From an uncultured virus (IMG/VR IMGVR_UViG_3300010352_000682) (taxonomy: Duplodnaviria > Heunggongvirae > Uroviricota > Caudoviricetes): a stretch of DNA of 20,000 nucleotides. The DNA is taken from IMG/VR virus record IMGVR_UViG_3300010352_000682. One strand, 5' to 3'. Within the stretch, counting starts at the first letter, position 1, and each line of letters opens with the position of its first letter. A model generated the notes under the pieces. That model was not told the DNA's origin and did not search any database. It saw nothing but the letters and a program-made list of their open reading frames with translations. This document shows positions 7,161 through 14,069 of this stretch, piece by piece. A program made the position numbers and the translations under genes.

Positions 7161-7464
7161 TGCTGTCACCATCCTTCCGTTTGCCGTATGAGCAAAAATC
7201 ATCATTGTCCATATCACAGTCAAACTGTGCGCCGCCCTCTTTGTCTCTATCTGCTAACTTCTCGCATTCACCGACAGTGGTGTATTTACGATTCCAATAG
7301 CAACAGTCCTTGCACCGAACCACCTGTGCCTCCTCTCGCTTGTCTGCGGCTTTAAGCGCATCGGCGGCAGCTAACAAAATGGGGCGCAACTCGTTTATTT
7401 CGCAATCAAGCTCGGTGTTGCTCTCTGCATCCCTCAATGCCTTTATCAGTTCAGTGTTTTCCAT
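7150..7464 (-). CDS. Hypothetical phage protein with VVRCKDC...DDFCSYG Zn motif
   Basis: RBS GGAGGA before MENTEL; Cys motif common in Clostridia phage accessory genes. Confidence 0.75.
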   Translation of the reverse strand: MENTELIKALRDAESNTELDCEINELRPILLAAADALKAADKREEAQVVRCKDCCYWNRKYTTVGECEKLADRDKEGGAQFDCDMDNDDFCSYGKRKDGDSNDE

Positions 7465-8047
7465 CGTATTCCTCCACATATGCCCAGCTTTGGGGTGGGC
7501 GCTTGATTGTGTCATCCTCATATCTCAACCCTGTTGGCATTTCTGGCTTGTGAAACTCGCTCAGTTCCCTCGGCTTGTCGTAGATTTGCGGGGCAGATAT
7601 GTGCCAGCCGTAGCCAGTATTTCCATTGAGATAATCGTTAAGCTCGATTGCGGATAAGCACGTTTCGCCCATCACATTCGGTCGGTTCAGCGTACCAATT
7701 TCCTCAAACACAGGCTGGTCATGTGGGCATATGGAGTAGTAAATCCCATACATCTTGTCGCAGACAAATTCTCCTATAATCTTTCCGTTTGCGTTGCCCC
7801 ACGGTCTATTGTCGTGAAAAACATTCTTAATCCCCTTGCAATTCATGATGTTGTATTCTTTGGTCACAAAAGGCTGGTCTATCCAGTCCTTAAAGAGCGT
7901 GTGTTCCTTGTCATGTGTGCAGTAGATATAGCACTTGAACGGCGTTTCCAGCTTTGGGCGATTTTTGCGGACTTCAATGGTCTTTTTGCCATTGCATATC
8001 AGCTCACACCATTGCGGGCGAATGCTGATTAGCACACACTTGTTCAT
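7451..8047 (-). CDS. ASCH-domain protein
   Basis: VLISIRPQW...GKKTIEVRK...GKIIGEF...PPQSWAYV; RBS GGAGGG. Confidence 0.85.
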   Translation of the reverse strand: MNKCVLISIRPQWCELICNGKKTIEVRKNRPKLETPFKCYIYCTHDKEHTLFKDWIDQPFVTKEYNIMNCKGIKNVFHDNRPWGNANGKIIGEFVCDKMYGIYYSICPHDQPVFEEIGTLNRPNVMGETCLSAIELNDYLNGNTGYGWHISAPQIYDKPRELSEFHKPEMPTGLRYEDDTIKRPPQSWAYVEEYDGKH

Positions 8048-8064
8048 AATCCCTCCTTGCTTAT

Positions 8065-8223
8065 TCATAAGCCCTCCCCATCAAATAGGCTTGTCTGCTC
8101 CGTATGAGCTGCAAATCCTAATTCTTTTGCTTTATAGTATGCCCATCCTTTTTTATAGTCATATTTTTCAGCAAGACTAACTAGATCGTTGTGGCTCTTA
8201 GGATTATCAATTTTTATGTTCAC
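8065..8223 (-). CDS. Small protein resembling the C-terminal tail of phage SF2 helicases
   Basis: GTG start after AGAGGGG; LAEKYDYKKGWAYYKAKELG motif; track extension to 8307 overlaps tRNA-Arg and is spurious. Confidence 0.6.
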   Translation of the reverse strand: MNIKIDNPKSHNDLVSLAEKYDYKKGWAYYKAKELGFAAHTEQTSLFDGEGL

Positions 8224-8246
8224 ATATAATCGCCCCTCTGTATAAT

Positions 8247-8321
8247 TGGTACTCATACAAGGACTCGAACCCTGATTATTGGGGTAGAAACCCAAAGTCC
8301 TATCCATTGAACGATATGAGC
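8247..8321 (-). tRNA. tRNA-Arg(TCT)
   Basis: TTGGG-TTTCTAC-CCCAA, CCA. Confidence 0.9.
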
Positions 8322-8444
8322 ATATAAAGATGTTTTTATCTTTCTTGGCAAGGTATCACATCAAACTTGCCGTTTTTCAACCTCAGACTGGTCAGGTTTA
8401 CTTTCTAAAATTATATTAACGTAAACACTCTATTAATATAAAGT

Positions 8445-8520
8445 TGGCGCGGCCTAAAGGACTCGAACCTTTATCCTACAGTTTTGGAGACTGGCATTTT
8501 TCCAGTTAAACTAAGTCCGC
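8445..8520 (-). tRNA. tRNA-Trp(CCA)
   Basis: Loop CTCCAAA, G73, CCA; single mismatches in acceptor and anticodon stems. Confidence 0.85.
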
Positions 8521-8593
8521 ATATTTTCTAGGCGCTTTTTGAATAATCACATTCATTTTATGTAGATAAAAAATTGCTGTAAGCGCCTATTTT

Positions 8594-8672
8594 TGGAGGT
8601 AATGGCGGGATTCGAACCCACGAATACTGATTTTGCAGACCAGCGCCTTAGACCAGTCTTGGCTACATTACC
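8594..8672 (-). tRNA. tRNA-Cys(GCA)
   Basis: Loop CTGCAAA, U73, CCA. Confidence 0.92.
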
Positions 8673-8673
8673 T

Positions 8674-8766
8674 TGGCGCGAGATATAGGATTTGAACCTA
8701 TACACACTTTTAATGTTACTGATGGATTAGCAATCCATTCCCTTACCAGATTAGGGTTAATCTCGC
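8674..8766 (-). tRNA. tRNA-Ser(GCT)
   Basis: ATGGA-TTGCTAA-TCCAT, long variable arm, G73. Confidence 0.92.
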
Positions 8767-8772
8767 ATATAG

Positions 8773-8859
8773 TGGTGGGTAAGGTTGGACTCGAACCAAC
8801 AGTGTTTCTAATGTCACGGTTTTACAGACCGCTTTCTTCACCAATTTGAATACTTGCCC
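8773..8859 (-). tRNA. tRNA-Tyr(GTA)
   Basis: Loop CTGTAAA, long variable arm, A73, CCA. Confidence 0.92.
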
Positions 8860-8884
8860 ATAAGTAAAGTGGTTAATTAAATAA

Positions 8885-8953
8885 GCGTGTACCCCTGACG
8901 GATTCTAACCATCTTTACCACAAACATCAACGTCAATGTTTAGCGGCACACGC
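8885..8953 (-). ncRNA. tRNA-like structured RNA of unknown class
   Basis: 9-bp closing stem GCGTGTGCC/GGTACACGC, internal hairpin AAACAT/ATGTTT, T-arm-like GATGG-TTAGAAT-CCGTC; no D-arm or CCA. Confidence 0.45.
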
Positions 8954-8954
8954 A

Positions 8955-9042
8955 TGGCGCAAACGGTAGGATTTGAACCCACATGCCCTTTCAGACAATC
9001 AGTTTTCAGGACTGACACCTTTACCAACTCGGTCACGTTTGC
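8955..9042 (-). tRNA. tRNA-Ser(TGA), C33
   Basis: TCAGT-CCTGAAA-ACTGA, long variable arm, G73. Confidence 0.88.
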
Positions 9043-9049
9043 ATATAAA

Positions 9050-9125
9050 TGGTACTCTGTGTGGGACTCGAACCCACATCATAAGATTGAAAATCTTATA
9101 TCTTAACCAGTTTGACTAACAGAGC
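9050..9125 (-). tRNA. tRNA-Glu(TTC)
   Basis: TAAGA-TTTTCAA-TCTTA, CCA. Confidence 0.9.
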
Positions 9126-9227
9126 ATATAATGCCGCACTAAAAAACTTAGTATTAAGACGTCCTTACTAAGAAACTCTATGCGATTAGTTTTTTATGGT
9201 TCCGCTTCCTAGCGGTTTCCTTGAAAA

Positions 9228-9304
9228 TGGAGTACCATAAGGGATTTGAACCCTTACTAATAGAGTGGAGGTCTATTGTGCTTGCCATTAAACACTAATG
9301 GTAC
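9228..9304 (-). tRNA. tRNA-Gly(TCC), C33
   Basis: ATAGA-CCTCCAC-TCTAT, U73, CCA. Confidence 0.88.
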
Positions 9305-9307
9305 ATA

Positions 9308-9383
9308 TGGAGCTACCAAGAGGACTTGAACCCCCGACCCGCTGATTACAAAACAGCAGCTCTACCAACTGAGCTATGGTAGC
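9308..9383 (-). tRNA. tRNA-Thr(TGT)
   Basis: GCTGT-TTTGTAA-TCAGC (U31-U39), CCA. Confidence 0.9.
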
Positions 9384-9402
9384 ATTTCTTATGTGTGTAT
9401 AT

Positions 9403-9431
9403 AATATACCACCATTAATATGAGAAGTCAA
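9403..9431 (-). promoter_or_regulatory. sigmaA promoter of tRNA operon
   Basis: TTGACT(9431-9426)-17 nt-TGgTATATT(-10 at 9408-9403), about 20 nt before first tRNA. Confidence 0.7.
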
Positions 9432-9514
9432 TAGTTAATTTATATAAAAAGACGCGGCTTCAATAGTGCAAAATACACAAAAAATACAAATCTCAATATA
9501 CTAGAAGCACGTCT

Positions 9515-9651
9515 ACTATTAGAAAATATGAAAAATGTTTAGATACAAAACATTAAAGGCGCGGCCTACTATAAGGAATTTCAAAAAATGTTTGGATACA
9601 AAACATTAGGGGCGGCACTATAATAGAGAATTTCAAAAAATGTTTGGATAC
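9515..9651. repeat. Three imperfect ~52-bp direct repeats
   Basis: AAAAATGTTT(A/G)GATAC at 9531, 9584, 9636, two followed by AAAACATTA forming AATGTTT/AAACATT palindromes. Confidence 0.8.
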
Positions 9652-9682
9652 GGGAGCGCTAGGCTGGTGGGGGTGCTCCCCC

Positions 9683-9871
9683 CTTCCCGGTTTCCTTCCC
9701 GGTTTCCTTCCCGGTTTCCTTCCCGGTTTCCTTCCCGGTTTCCTTCCCGGTTTCCTTCCCGGTTTCCTTCCTCTGTTCGTCCTTCCTCTGTTCGTCCTTC
9801 CTCTGTTCGTCCTTCCTCTGTTCGTCCTTCCTCTGTTCGTCCTTCCTCTGTTCGTCCTTCCTCTGTTCGTC
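9683..9871. repeat. Compound tandem repeat: (CTTCCCGGTTTC)x7 then (CTTCCTCTGTTCGTC)x7
   Basis: Perfect 12-bp units 9683-9766 and 15-bp units 9767-9871. Confidence 0.97.
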
Positions 9872-10094
9872 CTTCCTCTCCCCGTGTTCGTCATTTTGCA
9901 CAGATTTTTCACTCGATAGTTATGCAATAGTACCAATGAATAGTATGCACAATAGGTGTATAAAAATACATAGGTGTTATAACGCGCTATAATGCGCTGT
10001 ATTGCATTATATCTACTGCCGTATAATTTGACATGGTAATATATAAACGCGCTCATACGTGGCTACAGAGCGCTACAGTGACATATAATAGGTA

Positions 10095-10127
10095 TAATAA
10101 ATGCCCACGTCATATTAAACGTGGGCA
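10095..10127 (-). terminator. Rho-independent terminator
   Basis: TGCCCACGT/ACGTGGGCA stem followed by TTTATT on minus strand. Confidence 0.7.
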
Positions 10128-10132
10128 AATAG

Positions 10133-10324
10133 TTAATGATTATAGACGTGATATATTAAATTATCGTCATTAATGCCATTGCCGTATGAGATAACATATT
10201 GACTGCTATTATCGCTAATAAGTCGTGCGGACTGTATTGTATTGTACTTGCCTATCATATATACACTTGCAAATAGAGCGGCCATAATAACGGCATATAT
10301 TAATAGTTTAATTACATCTTTCAT
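10133..10324 (-). CDS. Small membrane-anchored hypothetical protein
   Basis: RBS GGGAG; N-terminal hydrophobic helix LLIYAVIMAALFASVYMIG. Confidence 0.7.
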   Translation of the reverse strand: MKDVIKLLIYAVIMAALFASVYMIGKYNTIQSARLISDNSSQYVISYGNGINDDNLIYHVYNH

Positions 10325-10340
10325 ATTTGTGCTCCCATTA

Positions 10341-10374
10341 TAATACCGGCGGCATATTTCAGCCGCCGGTATTA
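10341..10374. terminator. 13-bp hairpin after 10382..11053
   Basis: TAATACCGGCGGC/GCCGCCGGTATTA. Confidence 0.65.
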
Positions 10375-10381
10375 ATTGATG

Positions 10382-11053
10382 TTACTTTGTTACTACTGCC
10401 GCCGGGGCAGATGTTTTGACTTCTGTCGCCTTGGTAATTGGGGCCGGGCCGGTAACCTTGCTATCGGCCTTGATTTTATCGGCGGCTTTTTCGGCGGCCG
10501 TCTCTTTTCGTGTTTCAACCTTGCTTGTTTTGGCATGATGGGAGCGGCCCTTTTCAGTCGGTACTTTCGGCTCCCCGCTATCGCTCTTGGCCGTGGCGCT
10601 CTTGGCCGTGGCGCTCTTGGCCGTGGCGCTCTTGGCCGTGGCGCTCTTGGCCGTGGCGCTCTTGGCCGTGGCGCTCTTGGCCGTGGCGCTCTTGGCCGTG
10701 GCGCTCTTGGCCGTGGCATTGGCCTTGACCGTGGGCGTGGGCGTGGGCTGTTCTTTTGCAAAGGCCTGAGCGGCTTTGTTTCTATCGGCCCGGACTTGCT
10801 TGTAGTATTCGTGATAGTAGCGCGTGCCTTGATCGCTAATTGTCTGAATTAAAGTCTTTTCGGGCCGGCTCATATTGTCGCGCTCAAGCGTGGCCAAAAC
10901 TGCCTTTACATCTGCCAAGGGGACATAGCTCTTTTTACCAAATAAATCAGTAAGGAGCGGCTCCACCTTTTCACAAATTGCAATGAGCTTTTTGTTGTCG
11001 GTCAAGCTCTTTTGTTCCGCCGCGATCTCCGTCCAAAATCTTTTGTCTGCCAT
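10382..11053 (-). CDS. Basic Lys/Ala/Thr-rich protein with ATAKS repeats (histone H1-like tail)
   Basis: RBS AGAGGT; helical N-domain then nine 15-bp repeats (10582-10716) and K/A/T-rich tail. Confidence 0.8.
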   Translation of the reverse strand: MADKRFWTEIAAEQKSLTDNKKLIAICEKVEPLLTDLFGKKSYVPLADVKAVLATLERDNMSRPEKTLIQTISDQGTRYYHEYYKQVRADRNKAAQAFAKEQPTPTPTVKANATAKSATAKSATAKSATAKSATAKSATAKSATAKSATAKSATAKSDSGEPKVPTEKGRSHHAKTSKVETRKETAAEKAADKIKADSKVTGPAPITKATEVKTSAPAAVVTK

Positions 11054-11183
11054 AGTAATTTTTACCTCTTTTTAGTGTTGTCGTATTTAACGCGCCGCCA
11101 CGCGCGATATGCTGTAGACATATCTAATTGTCAAGGTGCAGTACCGTGGCATTCGGTCGCCGGGGGCTTTGTTTCATGATACC

Positions 11184-11252
11184 AATATAAACTTTTCAAA
11201 AGACTTTGTATACTGGCGGATTGTACAAAAATGATGGTCTGTTTTTGTGCAA
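11184..11252 (-). promoter_or_regulatory. Probable promoter with upstream TTGCACAA box
   Basis: TATACA-17 nt-TATATT; spacer and upstream box match the promoter at 19915-19982. Confidence 0.55.
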
Positions 11253-11316
11253 TATTTTATACCTATATAATATAGCAATTCATCGGGGGGAATTTTAATC
11301 GCGCTCATTGGTAAAG

Positions 11317-11595
11317 TCCTGGGAGCCATATCCGGCCGGGGACGTATAGGGACATATCCAAGGAGGAATTACAATATCGTCCGCGATAGTATATCCAAGG
11401 AGTATTTATAATTATATCCCCGGAAACGTATCACACAAAATTTTTTGGAATGATTCCCAAGGAGCAAATTGGACTCTATATATGCGCAGAACACGTCCAA
11501 AATCCCAGGAATTTGTGCAACATGCACAAAAACTCCCAGGAATAGTTGTATTTTCACTATGGATAAAAGTTAATCCCCTTGTGCAATATGCACAA
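11317..11595. repeat. Cluster of TCC(A/C)AGGA motifs and two TTGTGCA-N3-TGCACAA palindromes (candidate pac/operator region)
   Basis: Motif or near variants at 11317(rev), 11357, 11394, 11417, 11456, 11503, 11534; palindromes 11512-11530 and 11579-11595. Confidence 0.6.
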
Positions 11596-11612
11596 AGGGA
11601 TAATTGGAATAT

Positions 11613-12071
11613 TTAATTCATTTTGTCTGGAAGCTCAACTCTAACTGTCAATTCAGTAGGAGCATTTGCATCCACTTTCATTTGGAAATCAATTTGACGT
11701 TTTGCTAAAGCATCCAGAGCTTTTAATCGGTCGGATAAACTGGGATCCAAACCGAATTGGTCCATTATTTCACCACGAGCAATTGCAGAATACATTTCAA
11801 GGATTTGTTGAGCTTCCAATATATTTGAACTGTGTAGCTTTGCATTTTTCATGCCGATAATTTCGCGGATTTCGGAACGTCCAAGGAGCTTTCGAGAACT
11901 TCCATATGTTGTAGATTTGGAATACCCAGCTCGTTCTGCTGCTTTTGTTGGATTGAAGTCTATAAGGAACTCGTCTATGAAGCGTTTCTGCTTCTCTGGA
12001 AGTCTTGCTTCTATTGCTTCCACTTGTTCATCTGTCATAGTCTGTTGGAATTTATATTTACTATAATCCAT
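11613..12071 (-). CDS. terS: Terminase small subunit
   Basis: LPEKQKRFIDEFLIDFNPTKAAERAGYS HTH and DRLKALDALAKR motif (Terminase_2 type); RBS GAGAGGG. Confidence 0.92.
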   Translation of the reverse strand: MDYSKYKFQQTMTDEQVEAIEARLPEKQKRFIDEFLIDFNPTKAAERAGYSKSTTYGSSRKLLGRSEIREIIGMKNAKLHSSNILEAQQILEMYSAIARGEIMDQFGLDPSLSDRLKALDALAKRQIDFQMKVDANAPTELTVRVELPDKMN

Positions 12072-12093
12072 TTTTACTACCCTCTCTGTTATA

Positions 12094-12130
12094 TAAAAAA
12101 ATAGGAAGTAATTCTTTTATTACTTCCTAT
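12094..12130 (-). terminator. Rho-independent terminator ending the small-gene array
   Basis: 12-bp stem ATAGGAAGTAAT/ATTACTTCCTAT (12101-12130) followed by T-run on minus strand. Confidence 0.75.
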
Positions 12131-12159
12131 ATTATATATTATTATTAATCATTTGTCAA
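12131..12159 (-). promoter_or_regulatory. Consensus sigmaA promoter for terS
   Basis: TTGACA(12159-12154)-17 nt-TATAAT(12136-12131). Confidence 0.8.
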
Positions 12160-12401
12160 GTGTCCCTTTTTTCTACCCCGCCCAGGATTCGTTTTAATTC
12201 TTCCCGTTGATTGTATCCTATAGTTAAAATATTTTTTTCATATACCCACCAATTCATTTCTCCTCTTATTGGATGGTTAAATTTTATAAGATAATCATAT
12301 AGCACTCCATCAGTTGATATAATTGTTCCTGTAATACCATCAATGGATAAATCATCTACTGTTCCACATAGTGTTACTTTCTGTCCTACTTTATATTTCA
12401 T
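12156..12401 (-). CDS. SH3/KOW-like array protein 12
   Basis: MKYKVGQKV...WWV...GYNQREELKRI; RBS GGAGG. Confidence 0.85.
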   Translation of the reverse strand: MKYKVGQKVTLCGTVDDLSIDGITGTIISTDGVLYDYLIKFNHPIRGEMNWWVYEKNILTIGYNQREELKRILGGVEKRDT

Positions 12402-12609
12402 TTTCTTGCCTCCTAAATATATCATAATTTAATATGTTATTACTATATATAAAATTAATAAGTGGAATATAGAAGTCTTGTTTTTCTATTTCTCCTACTA
12501 CTATTCCCTTTATTACCTGTATTGTTCCTATATTAGTTACGCCAGTTTCTTTTACCGCCCAAACTTCGCCGGATATCTTACAATCTATTTTTAAATTCGA
12601 TTTGGTCAT
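12391..12609 (-). CDS. Hypothetical protein within array (lacks family motifs)
   Basis: 72-aa ORF filling gap, overlaps both neighbours; weak RBS. Confidence 0.5.
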   Translation of the reverse strand: MTKSNLKIDCKISGEVWAVKETGVTNIGTIQVIKGIVVGEIEKQDFYIPLINFIYSNNILNYDIFRRQENEI

Positions 12610-12823
12610 ACTCTACTGGAAATATTTCACGCTCCCGAAATGCCGCAGTAATTTGATTGTCTCCATCAAAATTTTTGTTTAAGACAAAACTTATGATATA
12701 TGGAAAATTAACCTCAAAAGAATTACAGCGAATAATAACTCCCACCACTCCAGTAATTTTTTTATAATAAACATCATCTTCTGGAATTTTAACAAGAACG
12801 TGTTGTCCTATACTGTATCTCAT
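12578..12823 (-). CDS. SH3/KOW-like array protein 11
   Basis: MRYSIGQHV...EYDQIEFKNRL; RBS GGAGG. Confidence 0.85.
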   Translation of the reverse strand: MRYSIGQHVLVKIPEDDVYYKKITGVVGVIIRCNSFEVNFPYIISFVLNKNFDGDNQITAAFREREIFPVEYDQIEFKNRL

Positions 12824-12839
12824 TTTATATCCTCCAATC

Positions 12840-13061
12840 TCATATTGCATTTTCCAAGGAATATTTTATTTTCTCTTGGTCATACATCGAAGGACGTAGA
12901 TTTTTTCCTGCTATCCACAAAGTGATTTTATAATCAGGAAAATAGACTGAATAAATATTATTCACAGCAATTCCAACAATGCGGCCAATTTTTCTATTGT
13001 ATTTAGAGAATGCGCCGGAAAGTTCCCACACAAGTACATTTGACCACAAACTATATTTCAT
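12840..13061 (-). CDS. SH3/KOW-like array protein 10
   Basis: MKYSLWSNV...MYDQEKIKYSL. Confidence 0.85.
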   Translation of the reverse strand: MKYSLWSNVLVWELSGAFSKYNRKIGRIVGIAVNNIYSVYFPDYKITLWIAGKNLRPSMYDQEKIKYSLENAI

Positions 13062-13315
13062 TTCTTTCTCCCCTCAATCTCGTTCCTATATTGTGATTGA
13101 CTATAATCGGGCAGACAGAGATTTTCCTCATTAACCCACCACCTAATTTTTCCAACTTCTTTATGATTAAGACGTATATAATATTCCGTTCTGGATTTCG
13201 TACCGGGTCTCCCATTGAATGTCATAATTTGGTCAATAATACCAAAATTTCCATCAAGATTAAGACCATCTACTTTTCCTTTTAATGCAACATTCTGTCC
13301 TTCAACATACTTCAT
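13058..13315 (-). CDS. SH3/KOW-like array protein 9
   Basis: MKYVEGQNV...WWV...DYSQSQYRNEI. Confidence 0.85.
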   Translation of the reverse strand: MKYVEGQNVALKGKVDGLNLDGNFGIIDQIMTFNGRPGTKSRTEYYIRLNHKEVGKIRWWVNEENLCLPDYSQSQYRNEIEGRKK

Positions 13316-13326
13316 ATTTCTCTCCT

Positions 13327-13587
13327 TTACTTTTTTGTTAGCTTTTCTTTTTCTGTTTCCTGAACATATTTTAGTTCTTGCAAATCCCTAGAAGGTAAAG
13401 AAGCCCGTATTAGTTTTTTATCACAGGAATGCAAAGACACATCATAAAAATTTTCCCAATAATCTGTAATCCGAGCTACCTTTCCATCAATAGATTCATA
13501 AAACCTGCGATCATACTCAGCTCTTCCCGACAAAAAAGACTTTGAAAGATGTATACGCGCATATTCTCCTATTTTAAATTTTCTCAT
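13327..13587 (-). CDS. SH3/KOW-like array protein 8
   Basis: MRKFKIGEYA...KYVQETEKEKL. Confidence 0.85.
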   Translation of the reverse strand: MRKFKIGEYARIHLSKSFLSGRAEYDRRFYESIDGKVARITDYWENFYDVSLHSCDKKLIRASLPSRDLQELKYVQETEKEKLTKK

Positions 13588-13819
13588 AATTATATCCGCA
13601 CTCCTTTATAAATGCTGATTGGTTGTATAAAAACGGAGATAATTCTTTATCCGAAAAATTTAATGTTTTATCTTCTATTTCCATACTATAGGGCCAACGT
13701 ACATTATTTGTATTTATCCATATGATACGCGCCGATTTACCCAATAGGTACATATACTCTCCCGGATTATCTGCATCTATATTAACGATAGTTACTAATT
13801 GTCCAATACTATATTTCAT
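13574..13819 (-). CDS. SH3/KOW-like array protein 7
   Basis: MKYSIGQLV...LYNQSAFIKEC. Confidence 0.85.
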   Translation of the reverse strand: MKYSIGQLVTIVNIDADNPGEYMYLLGKSARIIWINTNNVRWPYSMEIEDKTLNFSDKELSPFLYNQSAFIKECGYNYEKI

Positions 13820-14069
13820 TTTTATCATTCCTTTCTATGGTGTTTTCACGCAAAGCAGTTTGATCATAATTCATAGGAAAAACACATTGGGGCATGGCCT
13901 CCCAAATCTTTTTTCCATAAACATCTATATTGAACATAAGTTTATATCCAACCGGCTCGCCCTGTTCTGGAAAATAATCAATAATATGACAAATTTTATT
14001 ATTAAATAGTGGAGAACTTGCGCTCCTAATAACAGCCCGTTGTCCAATTTTTAATTTATTTTCAATCAT
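13809..14069 (-). CDS. SH3/KOW-like array protein 6
   Basis: LKIGQRAV...NYDQTALRENTI. Confidence 0.85.
   Translation of the reverse strand: MIENKLKIGQRAVIRSASSPLFNNKICHIIDYFPEQGEPVGYKLMFNIDVYGKKIWEAMPQCVFPMNYDQTALRENTIERNDKNEI

Noticed and set aside
8224..8307. N-terminal extension of 8065..8307 ORF
   Set aside because: Overlaps tRNA-Arg; better RBS and GTG at 8223
8955..9042. Opal suppressor or selenocysteine tRNA; genetic recoding
   Set aside because: Anticodon is TGA (reads UCA, Ser), not TCA; genes are intact under the standard code
9185..9222. preQ1-I riboswitch (ATAAAAAACTAA tail)
   Set aside because: Lacks the preQ1-I P1/loop consensus and does not precede a gene
9515..9651. Mini CRISPR array
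   Set aside because: Intervening sequences resemble each other, repeats degenerate, no cas genes
9553..10056. ORFs across the 12/15-bp tandem repeats (both strands)
   Set aside because: Open in many frames simply because units are multiples of 3 without stops; no convincing RBS
10376..10852. Alternative-frame ORFs over the ATAKS repeat
   Set aside because: Shadow ORFs; only 10382..11053 has an RBS, unique N-domain and downstream hairpin
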